A DNA stretch of 64,000 nt. Origin: Marinilabiliaceae bacterium (GTDB lineage Bacteria > Bacteroidota > Bacteroidia > Bacteroidales > Marinilabiliaceae). Below the pieces are notes generated by a model. It did not search any database. It had not been told where the DNA came from and saw nothing but the letters and a program-made list of their open reading frames with translations. The stretch is taken from NCBI GenBank assembly GCA_041583495.1, contig JBFHFS010000008.1, positions 36,421 to 100,420 of the forward strand. The letters are read 5' to 3'. Position numbers and translations under genes: made by a program. Positions 10,901 to 18,579 of this stretch are shown one piece after another (positions within the stretch are counted from its first letter, which is position 1; each line of letters begins with the position of its first letter).

Positions 10901-11017
10901 CGTCAATACCTGGAGAGCTTACTCGAAAATTATCAGGATCAGACCGATGGCATTCGTGAATCGGCCACTGCTAAATTGGAACAAATAAAGGCAAAGAGTG
11001 GGGCAGAGAAGCCTTGA
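7982..11017 (+). CDS. Large secreted tetratricopeptide-repeat (TPR/YbgF-like) protein, 1011 aa
   Basis: Signal peptide ending GAMAQQ. The sequence shows reiterated 34-aa-type A/Y/L-rich repeats throughout (e.g. ...YYHLGDCYLKLDDKKRARIAFEAA..., ...ALFEMGRSYVALNNLDQAIRTYKTIKEDYP...). Confidence 0.7.
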   Translation: MIFKRFIFSVSLLSLSVLGAMAQQSLDAQQSERLFEEAMQQYQMEHYGVARQMFEQLQLSIPRGKSNLDSEAAFYEALSASRLGNEDAKELLERFLVEFPESGKRPYVFFQLGELAQEDENYRQAARWYDKVEVRKLDRDTRLDYRFKYGYAHFMEGNYDKALSAFSEVRNVQSKWWSSANYYYAHIQYEQGNYQVALETFEKLKKETGFEKVVPFYIAQIYYMQGEYQKAIDYGMPLFEEAKGERKAAMAQVLGNAWFALKDYSNAARYLSVAVETAKEPGRDDFYHLGLSYYFLKDYEKASSYLAQVTGKEDAMSQNAYYHLGDCYLKLDDKKRARIAFEAASQYDFDAVVTEDAMFTYIKLNYDLSFSPFNEIINSFLTFIDKFPKSRHIDEAYDYLGQALLTSRNYKEALAALERVKNKSANSYKALQRIAYYRGLELFTNLQFGEAIEMLDYSLKYGDYDRDLKMKAHYWLGEAWYRQGNYPNAISHYTTFIHLPGSFKTDEFKTAHYNLGYACFKQLDYPQAASWFRKYVNLMKGTQNAMVGDALNRVGDAFFMERDFPTAIEYYNQAAQVPGASPDYAMFQKGFAMGIAKDHAGKIAQLQKLINRFPESQYVDDALFEMGRSYVALNNLDQAIRTYKTIKEDYPRSSYAKKAMLQLGLVYYNNNDLEQSLSFYKRVVNEFPGSAEAEDALLGIRNIYIDRNDADGYIAYTNQLGGFARVDQRQQDSLTYVAAERLYMQGKCLQAINQFEAYLRNYPKGRFELNAHYYKADCQYQNQDYENALPSFEYVAGSPRNLFTEDALIRVAEISFRQKRFDDALGYFERLYSEAEVDENRREALIGQMRCLSELGDPDKIIASTEKVMADAKMSPEIVRQAHYLKASAFMAQGKSQQALFEFQVLAKNTASPEGAEARFRVAQILFQQGKMEGAEEAIFDFVDKGTPHQYWLAKCFLLLADIYEGRGELFQARQYLESLLENYQDQTDGIRESATAKLEQIKAKSGAEKP

Positions 11018-11092
11018 GGGGAGGAAAATCAAACGTATTTAATCCCTGCAACCGCATCTTTCCCTATTTAACAAATTTCATTCAAGGAGGTT

Positions 11093-12853
11093 ATGAAGAC
11101 CAGAAATATCTTTTTTATCGTTTTTATACTGTCAGTTGTCTGGAGTACCAATGCTCAGGAGACCATCCAAAAAGATGTGCATGTGGTGCGTGAGTATGCC
11201 CCATCTGTATCCGATGCCCAGAAGTTAAACCAAATGCCTCACCGTGAGGATACCCTCACCGTCTCCCCTCAGTTTAGGTATCAGGTGCCCGGGAAAGCCA
11301 TGGTTACCACCCCTGCGATCGGACCCATCCCTCCCGCCAGTTTGGCCGGAGAACCCAAAGATGAACTCTACTCTTCCTATGTGAAAGCGGGATTGGGTAA
11401 TTATGAGCTCCTCTTTGGTGACATTTATTACAATCTCCTGCGGAATGAAAAGTTTGCCCTGGCCCTCAAGTTGGGGCAGGAATCCTCATGGGGCGAGCTG
11501 GAACTCGAAGATGGGGAAACGGTGGAGTCACCTTATCATCAGACCAATGGGGGATTTTATCTCCGCCATTTCTTTGACGATAAAACCCTTTCCCTCGATC
11601 TCGACTTTCGCCGTCACGCCTATAATTATTATGGTTTCCAAACCATCGAGGAATCCCAAAACTATTATGGTCCCAGTATGGAAGATGGGAGCAGTGAAAT
11701 ACTTGCGGGGGCCGATCTGATTCCTGAAAAGGGTCAGCGCTTGTCGGCTTTTAATGCCGAGTTGAAGCTGTCGGGGCAACAGGCAGATATTGACGAAACC
11801 CGGTTTAATGTGGGACTGGGATTGGGCGCCTTTGGGAACAAAACAGGGGTGAATGAAAATCGTATCTCCCTCAAAGGGGATCTGAAGAAGCCTTTCGACA
11901 ACCTGATTTTTTCTGTAGATGGAGGGCTCGACTTTTTTAACGTCTCGGAGCCTTCTGCCAACGAACGGCCTGGCCTGTGGCAGTTCGCAGAGCGCCAGCA
12001 GACCATGGTGACCCTTAACCCCATGGTGGTGTTTAATCCCAATAATTTGACCATTGAGGGGGGACTCAAATTTACCGGTGTGCTGGATGATTTGGGGGAT
12101 GAATTCTTCCTGGCGCCTCACCTGACGGCCAACTTGCTGGTGGCCGAAGGTATTGTGTCGGCTTTCGGGGGCGTTACCGGAGAGGTGCGTCCGGCCAACT
12201 ATCAGCGAATCATGGCCGAGAATCCTTTTGTCTCTCCCGATGTGCACGTGAAGTCGGCTTTTCATAACCTGATGTTTTTTGCCGGGGTTAAAGGAAACTT
12301 CAGCAGCTCAACGTCCTTTTCGGCGCGGGTGGATTATGAGTTTCTCACCAATGAGCACTTTTTTGTCAACCGCACTTTTCTTAATCAGTTGACGATTGAC
12401 GATTTTGGAGCCTCTAATTTGTTTGATGTGCAGTACGATGACGGAACCCTTTTGACGCTCTCGGGCGAGCTCCTGGTGAAACCGGTCACCGGTCTTAACA
12501 TCCTGCTGAAAGGGGCCTATTACGATTGGACCCTCGATCATTTAGCTCAACCATGGCATCGGCCGGATATGGAGCTGGGGCTGAGAGGTCAATTTCGGTG
12601 GAATAATAATCTTTTGTTGAGCGCCGCCTTTAATGTGTTGGGTAAGAGAATGGCAGAGGATCGTAACGCTGTTGATGGCATGAAACAACTTGAGTCGGTC
12701 GCCGATTTTAATCTGGGGGGTGACTATCAGTTCACTTCCCGCCTTAACTTTTTTGCCAGGGTGCAAAACCTTTTTGGTGATAAATATTATCGCTGGAGTG
12801 GCTATCCTATGCAAGGTGTTAATTTCAGGGTGGGCGCCGGGTACTCTTTTTAA
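11093..12853 (+). CDS. Outer-membrane beta-barrel protein (putative porin-like), 586 aa
   Basis: Signal peptide ...VVWSTNAQ and alternating amphipathic strands. The C-terminus NFRVGAGYSF ends in Phe, a typical OMP sorting signature. The gene lies 75 nt downstream of the TPR gene on the same strand, preceded by AAGGAGG. Confidence 0.6.
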   Translation: MKTRNIFFIVFILSVVWSTNAQETIQKDVHVVREYAPSVSDAQKLNQMPHREDTLTVSPQFRYQVPGKAMVTTPAIGPIPPASLAGEPKDELYSSYVKAGLGNYELLFGDIYYNLLRNEKFALALKLGQESSWGELELEDGETVESPYHQTNGGFYLRHFFDDKTLSLDLDFRRHAYNYYGFQTIEESQNYYGPSMEDGSSEILAGADLIPEKGQRLSAFNAELKLSGQQADIDETRFNVGLGLGAFGNKTGVNENRISLKGDLKKPFDNLIFSVDGGLDFFNVSEPSANERPGLWQFAERQQTMVTLNPMVVFNPNNLTIEGGLKFTGVLDDLGDEFFLAPHLTANLLVAEGIVSAFGGVTGEVRPANYQRIMAENPFVSPDVHVKSAFHNLMFFAGVKGNFSSSTSFSARVDYEFLTNEHFFVNRTFLNQLTIDDFGASNLFDVQYDDGTLLTLSGELLVKPVTGLNILLKGAYYDWTLDHLAQPWHRPDMELGLRGQFRWNNNLLLSAAFNVLGKRMAEDRNAVDGMKQLESVADFNLGGDYQFTSRLNFFARVQNLFGDKYYRWSGYPMQGVNFRVGAGYSF

Positions 12854-13220
12854 TTTGTGTTTGTGATTCTTCAAGGTTTCATTGTCCCCAAAAGGGTCGG
12901 GTATTTGTTTTAGATAGGGGTATTTGTTTTTCCCAAATGAAGAATTATCGGACCAAAAGAAAAATAATTGGATGCACCGAAAATGGTCTAACAGGACGCG
13001 TGTCAACCATTGGAATGGTGTCGGCAGCGCTTTTTAGGATTAGGTGTAATTTTTAAAGTATTTCGCCCGGATTCTAACTCATTGAATGTCCGTTTGTAGG
13101 GTTTGCGGATTATCCTTATCGGGTTTTAATCCCCCGGGGAATCAAATTTGTTTTTTTTTCTGTTGTTTTTTGTTTGTGTGAGTTGTTCTTTTGTAAAAAA
13201 TTTAAGCAATTGTTATCGAG

Positions 13221-15113
13221 ATGAGAAAATGGCGTATCGAAGATTCAGCTGAGTTATATAATATCAATGGCTGGGGAATAAATTATTTCTCTATCAATGA
13301 AGAGGGAAATGTAGTGGTGACCCCCAAGGCCGGATGTGCTCAGGTGGATTTGAAGGAGCTGGTTGAAGAGTTGCAATTGAGGGATGTCTCTGCCCCTCTT
13401 TTGGTGCGCTTTCCGGATATTCTGGACAGCCGTATTGAATCCATGCAGCAATGTTTTAAGATCGCTTCGGATGAGTATGAGTTTACAGGGCAAAACTTTA
13501 TCGTATACCCTATAAAAGTCAACCAGATGCGCCCGGTGGTTGAAGAGATTATTGGTCATGGGAAGAAATTCAATATAGGACTGGAAGCAGGATCAAAACC
13601 TGAGTTGCATGCGGTAATCGGAATCAATCCCGATAGTGATTCTCTCATCATCTGTAATGGATACAAAGATGAGGATTACGTGGAGCTGGCGTTGCTCGCT
13701 CAGAAGATGGGCCGACGGATTTATCTGGTGATCGAAAAAATGAATGAATTAAAGCTGATTACCCGGATCGCCCGTAAACATAAAATAAGACCCAACCTGG
13801 GAATTCGCATCAAACTGGCCAGCTCGGGCTCCGGCAAATGGGAAAGCTCCGGGGGCGATGTCAGTAAGTTTGGTCTTAACTCGAGCGAATTGCTCGAAGC
13901 ACTCGATTATCTCGAGGCCAATGAGATGAAGGATTGTCTTAAATTGGTGCATTTCCATATCGGAAGCCAGGTTAATAAAATCAGGCGTATAAAGAATGCT
14001 CTCCGGGAGGCCTCTCAGTTCTATGCGCAACTCTATGCGCTGGGATTCAGTGTGGAATTTGTCGATATTGGAGGTGGCCTGGGTGTCGATTACGATGGAA
14101 CCAAATCCTCAAGCAGTGAAAGCAGCGTGAATTATTCCATCCAGGAGTATGTGAACGATGCCATCTATACCATGGTGGATGTAAGTAACAAAAACGAAAT
14201 TCCCCATCCCAACATCATCACCGAATCGGGAAGAGCACTGGCTGCGCATCATTCGGTGCTTATTTTCGAGGCCCTTGAATCCACTTCAACACCCAAATGG
14301 CCCGATGATGAGGAGATTGAAGAGGCCGATCATGAACTGGTAAAGGATCTTCACTCTTTGTGGGATACCCTCAACCAGCCCAGGATGCTCGAAGCCTGGC
14401 ACGATGCCCAGCAAATAAGGGAGGAGGCCCTCGACCGTTTCAGCCTGGGATTGCTCGACCTGAAAGACCGGGCCCGGATAGAACGACTTTTTTGGTCCAT
14501 TGCACGCGAAATCCAGCAGATGACCGGCAACCTTAAACATATTCCCGGCGAGTTGGCTGGTTTGCGTAAGTTGTTGGCGGATAAATACTTCTGTAACTTT
14601 TCTTTGTTTCAGTCCTTGCCCGATTCATGGGCGATTGATCAGATATTTCCCATTATTCCCTTGCACAGACATAACGAAAAACCCGACCGCTCGGCCACAC
14701 TGCAGGATATCACCTGTGACTCGGACGGTAAGATAGATAACTTTATCTCCACCAAGAACATCTCCTATTATCTGCCGGTACACCGCCTTCGGAAAAATGA
14801 ATCCTACTATATTGGTGTCTTTCTGGTGGGTGCTTATCAGGAGATTCTGGGCGATTTGCACAACCTTTTTGGAGATACCAATGCCGTACACGTCTCGGTC
14901 GACGAAAAAGGTTACAGCATCGATCAGGTCATTGATGGGGAAACTGTGGCCGAAGTACTCGAATATGTGCAGTATAATTCCAAAAAACTGGTTCGCACCG
15001 TTGAAACCTGGGTGACCTCTTCGGTCAAAGCCAGCTTAATCTCAGCCGAGGAGGGGAAGGAGTTTTTGTCGAACTACCGTTCCGGCCTTTATGGATACAC
15101 TTATCTTGAATAA
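13221..15113 (+). CDS. speA: Biosynthetic arginine decarboxylase
   Basis: 630 aa. It has the canonical SpeA N-terminus MRKWRIEDSAELYNINGWG..YF.INEEGNV, plus PLLVRFPDIL, YPIKVNQ, HFHIGSQ and DIGGGLGVDYDG. Confidence 0.95.
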   Translation: MRKWRIEDSAELYNINGWGINYFSINEEGNVVVTPKAGCAQVDLKELVEELQLRDVSAPLLVRFPDILDSRIESMQQCFKIASDEYEFTGQNFIVYPIKVNQMRPVVEEIIGHGKKFNIGLEAGSKPELHAVIGINPDSDSLIICNGYKDEDYVELALLAQKMGRRIYLVIEKMNELKLITRIARKHKIRPNLGIRIKLASSGSGKWESSGGDVSKFGLNSSELLEALDYLEANEMKDCLKLVHFHIGSQVNKIRRIKNALREASQFYAQLYALGFSVEFVDIGGGLGVDYDGTKSSSSESSVNYSIQEYVNDAIYTMVDVSNKNEIPHPNIITESGRALAAHHSVLIFEALESTSTPKWPDDEEIEEADHELVKDLHSLWDTLNQPRMLEAWHDAQQIREEALDRFSLGLLDLKDRARIERLFWSIAREIQQMTGNLKHIPGELAGLRKLLADKYFCNFSLFQSLPDSWAIDQIFPIIPLHRHNEKPDRSATLQDITCDSDGKIDNFISTKNISYYLPVHRLRKNESYYIGVFLVGAYQEILGDLHNLFGDTNAVHVSVDEKGYSIDQVIDGETVAEVLEYVQYNSKKLVRTVETWVTSSVKASLISAEEGKEFLSNYRSGLYGYTYLE

Positions 15114-15124
15114 TATCTGACCGG

Positions 15125-15745
15125 ATGCATAAAGTCATCGCATTTCTTCTTTTGATTGGGGTCCTGGGCCAAAGTGGCCTGGGTCAGGAGGTTAGGGAGA
15201 GAACGGATGGCTTTTTGCGAGAAGTCTTTCAGGTGGCCAATTCCGATACTGCCCTCAAGGATGGCCCGTACAACCTGTTTTATAAGGGCGAAATTCTCGA
15301 GAAGGGACATTATTGTGAAGGGCACAAGTGTGGAAAGTGGCAATATTTCAGTTTCGGCTCTTTTTTTGAATACGAGTACGATTACGACGCCGATTCGTTA
15401 ACCCGGATGGTGCCCCACGAGGATGCGAGCTATCCTCCGGGCGATCATCCTTGTTTGTTTAATGGAAGTCCCTTTATTCCCTATCTTTTTATTGTTAATA
15501 ATGTGTTTTTTCCCGAAGAAGCCAACTCACAAGGGTTGGCCGGGAAGACCGTTCTCACCCTGGAGATCGACTCGGAGGGTATCATTACCGATCGTTACAT
15601 CTCCCAAAGCAACCTGGATATCTTTGCCCGGGTGGTGCTGGAAGCCTCCCAAAAATTCCCCTCTGATTGGCGCTGGCTGCCGGCCCGAAAAAAGGGGGTG
15701 AACGTTGCCGATAAGTTCGAGATGGCCATCATCTTTGAGCAATAG
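15125..15745 (+). CDS. Secreted hypothetical protein (MORN-like repeat region plus TonB-C-terminal-like domain)
   Basis: Signal peptide MHKVIAFLLLIGVLGQSGLG. It contains GPYNLFYKGEILEKGHYCEGHKCGKWQYF (MORN/YwqK-like) and a C-terminal segment FPEEANSQGLAGKTVLTLEIDSEGIITD that resembles TonB_C folds. It starts 11 nt after the speA stop. Confidence 0.45.
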   Translation: MHKVIAFLLLIGVLGQSGLGQEVRERTDGFLREVFQVANSDTALKDGPYNLFYKGEILEKGHYCEGHKCGKWQYFSFGSFFEYEYDYDADSLTRMVPHEDASYPPGDHPCLFNGSPFIPYLFIVNNVFFPEEANSQGLAGKTVLTLEIDSEGIITDRYISQSNLDIFARVVLEASQKFPSDWRWLPARKKGVNVADKFEMAIIFEQ

Positions 15746-15806
15746 GGCCGGAAGATAGGGTGTGATGGCCTTGTTGACGCGGTGAATGAGGTACACTTCT
15801 GCTTTT

Positions 15807-15841
15807 TTTGAATGAAAATCTTTCAATTTGGGTTATCTTTG
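15807..15841 (+). promoter_or_regulatory. Candidate Bacteroidota sigma-A promoter for argS (-33 TTTG at 15807-15810; -7 TATCTTTG at 15834-15841)
   Basis: It matches the TTTG / TAnnTTTG consensus established for Bacteroides promoters. It sits about 30 nt upstream of the ATG at 15871, which supports that start. Confidence 0.4.
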
Positions 15842-15870
15842 TTCGATTTTTATCGAAAACATGCAATCGA

Positions 15871-17664
15871 ATGGCAATAGAACAGCAGATTAAGCAAAAA
15901 GTGGTGCAAGCCCTCAAGGAGCTATATGGGGCCGATTTGGAATTAGAAAAGGTGCCTTTGGAAATAACCCGCAAAGATCAAAAGGGAGATTTTACCGTTG
16001 TGGTGTTTCCCTTATTGAAACTCTCCCGAAAAAAGCCAGAGGAAACGGCTTCCGAAATGGGCAGCTTTCTGAAAGACCAATTACCTGCCATTGCCAGTTT
16101 TAATGTGATAAAGGGGTTCCTGAATCTGGAATTGTCTCACGACTATTGGTTGTCGGTTTTGGAGACAATCTCGGAGAAGGAAACCTATGGGTTTAAGCCC
16201 GTAGCCGATGATGCCCCGTTGGTTATGATCGAATATTCATCACCCAATACCAACAAACCGTTGCATCTGGGACATATCCGTAACAATCTGTTGGGGTATT
16301 CTTTGTCGCGGATTGCTCATGCCAATGGAAACAAGGTGGTTAAAACCAATATCGTAAACGATAGGGGGATCCACATTTGTAAATCCATGCTGGCCTGGAA
16401 AAAGTGGGGCGAGGGCGTTACTCCTGAATCGACCGGTAAAAAAGGCGATCACCTGGTGGGTGACTTTTATGTATTGTTCGACCAGAACTATAAAAAGGAG
16501 CTGGCTTCGTTAAAGGCCAGGGGCCTTTCTGAAGAGGAGGCTGTCAAAGAATCGGCCCTCATGGCCGAGGCGCGTGAGATGCTGCTTGCATGGGAGGCAG
16601 GCGACCCTGCCGTGGTGGAGCTGTGGAAGACCATGAATGAGTGGGTGTACAAAGGATTCGATGAATCCTATAAGGCTTTGGGTGTTGATTTTGATAAAAT
16701 ATATTACGAGTCGCAAACCTACAAGGTGGGCCGTGAGATGGTGCTTGAAGGCCTTCGGCAGGAGCGCTTTTACCGCCGTGAGGATGGCAGCGTTTGGGCC
16801 GATTTGTCGAAGGATGGCCTGGACGAAAAGTTATTGCTTCGCTCCGATGGAACCTCCGTGTATATGACCCAGGATATTGGTACCGCCAAACTCCGTTACG
16901 ATGACTTTAACATCGATAAGATGGTCTATGTGGTGGGCAATGAACAAGACTATCATTTTAAGGTTCTCTCCATTCTGCTCGACCGACTGGGCTTCGATTG
17001 GGGTAAGAGCCTGGTTCATTTCAGCTATGGCATGGTGGAGCTGCCCCATGGTAAAATGAAATCGCGCGAAGGCACCGTGGTCGATGCCGACGATTTGATT
17101 CAGGAGATGGTGGATACCGCCCGCGACATGTCACGCGAACTGGGCAAACTGGATGGTTACAGTGACGAGGATGCCGCCCGCATCTATCGGACCATTGCTC
17201 TGGGCGCCCTTAAGTATTTCATTCTCAAGGTGGATCCCCGAAAGTCGATGACTTTCGACCCACAGGAATCCATCGATTTTAATGGCAATACCGGTCCGTT
17301 TATCCAATATACCTTTGCCAGGGTGCAGTCGGTATTTCGCAAAGCCAAAGAATTGGGTCTTGAAGTGACCATGAAGGTCGAATCCGGCCTGAGCCTGACC
17401 GAAAAGGAGAACAATCTTTTAAGGATGCTGGCCAACTTCCCCAAGGTGGTACAGGATGCTTCCGAGGCCTTTAGTCCGGCTTTAGTGGCCAACTATGTGT
17501 TCGATCTGGCCAAAGAGTTCAACCAGTTTTATCACGAATCGCCCATCGCTTATGAAGAAGATTCCGCTGTTCGAAATATGCGTTTCGCCTTGAGCTCGGT
17601 GGTGGGGCGCACCATAAGGCAGGCTATGTGGCTGCTGGGAATAGATGTCCCCGAAAGGATGTAG
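15871..17664 (+). CDS. argS: Arginine--tRNA ligase
   Basis: Class I signature SSPNTNKPLHLGHIRN (HIGH) and MKSREG (KMSKS-like), with a DALR-type C-terminus. The ORF-track start at 15808 adds an implausible 21-aa extension; MAIEQQIKQKV... is the normal N-terminus. Confidence 0.93.
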   Translation: MAIEQQIKQKVVQALKELYGADLELEKVPLEITRKDQKGDFTVVVFPLLKLSRKKPEETASEMGSFLKDQLPAIASFNVIKGFLNLELSHDYWLSVLETISEKETYGFKPVADDAPLVMIEYSSPNTNKPLHLGHIRNNLLGYSLSRIAHANGNKVVKTNIVNDRGIHICKSMLAWKKWGEGVTPESTGKKGDHLVGDFYVLFDQNYKKELASLKARGLSEEEAVKESALMAEAREMLLAWEAGDPAVVELWKTMNEWVYKGFDESYKALGVDFDKIYYESQTYKVGREMVLEGLRQERFYRREDGSVWADLSKDGLDEKLLLRSDGTSVYMTQDIGTAKLRYDDFNIDKMVYVVGNEQDYHFKVLSILLDRLGFDWGKSLVHFSYGMVELPHGKMKSREGTVVDADDLIQEMVDTARDMSRELGKLDGYSDEDAARIYRTIALGALKYFILKVDPRKSMTFDPQESIDFNGNTGPFIQYTFARVQSVFRKAKELGLEVTMKVESGLSLTEKENNLLRMLANFPKVVQDASEAFSPALVANYVFDLAKEFNQFYHESPIAYEEDSAVRNMRFALSSVVGRTIRQAMWLLGIDVPERM

Positions 17665-17708
17665 TCCTCTTCGGATGATGAGGTGATAACCTCAGTGAAT
17701 CCGGGTTT

Positions 17709-18221
17709 CTATTCGGTACGGAGTAATAACAACAACAATCTGCCCAGCATCGCTCCCTGATGTTTGGGCAGTTTCTTTTTCAGAAAGGCAAGGAGCCGTT
17801 CCTCCTTTTCCATAGGGGGGCTTTGTGCATTGATGATAGCAACCAATTCCTCCATACTTTTGGGGTCCAGAAACTGACCAAGAGTCTCGGCCACCTTCTC
17901 TTTTAATTGTGCCGGGGTTCCGGTCTCATTGGGCAAACGACTCGAAACATCCGTCACACAAATCTGCAGCAGCTCTTTGCAGCTGGCCTTTACCGGGTCA
18001 CCTCCCCCGGAAGTGTCCCGCAACGACCAACTACTGAACTCATAATCCGTACGTACCAATTCGGCCACATAGAGACTTGTCTTCCCAAATATCTTTTCCA
18101 GTACCAGCAGGGTTCCTTTTTTCCAGGCGGCCCAATCCAGGTTTTTGTCTTCCAATTTTTTTAGCCGATCGTTGAGCAATGCGACTTCCGGGCTGATGGG
18201 GGTATTTTCTTTTGTGGTCAT
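17709..18221 (-). CDS. Hypothetical cytoplasmic protein, 170 aa
   Basis: This is a clean ORF convergent with argS. It has no signal peptide and no motif I recognise. It is supported only by length and non-overlap. Confidence 0.4.
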   Translation of the reverse strand: MTTKENTPISPEVALLNDRLKKLEDKNLDWAAWKKGTLLVLEKIFGKTSLYVAELVRTDYEFSSWSLRDTSGGGDPVKASCKELLQICVTDVSSRLPNETGTPAQLKEKVAETLGQFLDPKSMEELVAIINAQSPPMEKEERLLAFLKKKLPKHQGAMLGRLLLLLLRTE

Positions 18222-18579
18222 GGGTCTCTTATCTGGAAATTGCGTTTAATACTTTAGTAAAGATATAAATAAAACAGTTGAGGTGTTAAGGAGTTCAAAA
18301 AAATCTTGGAAAGCTTAACATAGGGTTGATTTCGTGGCGTTCGAGGATCCTTTTTTTATGAGTCGGAGCTCATGGCCCCTGTGGATCAAACAACAGGCAA
18401 CATAAATTAGCTGCCCGTAATTTGAGATAAAACAATTATTGTTTAAATTTATCTCCTGTCTGGTGATCAATAAAAATAGGGTTGGCTCCTTTGTTCACGA
18501 TTAAAGGGGGGGTGGTGTTTCCAAACCATCATGAAGGGATGGATTAACTTTCTGGGACTTTACATTAATTCTCTTTTCT

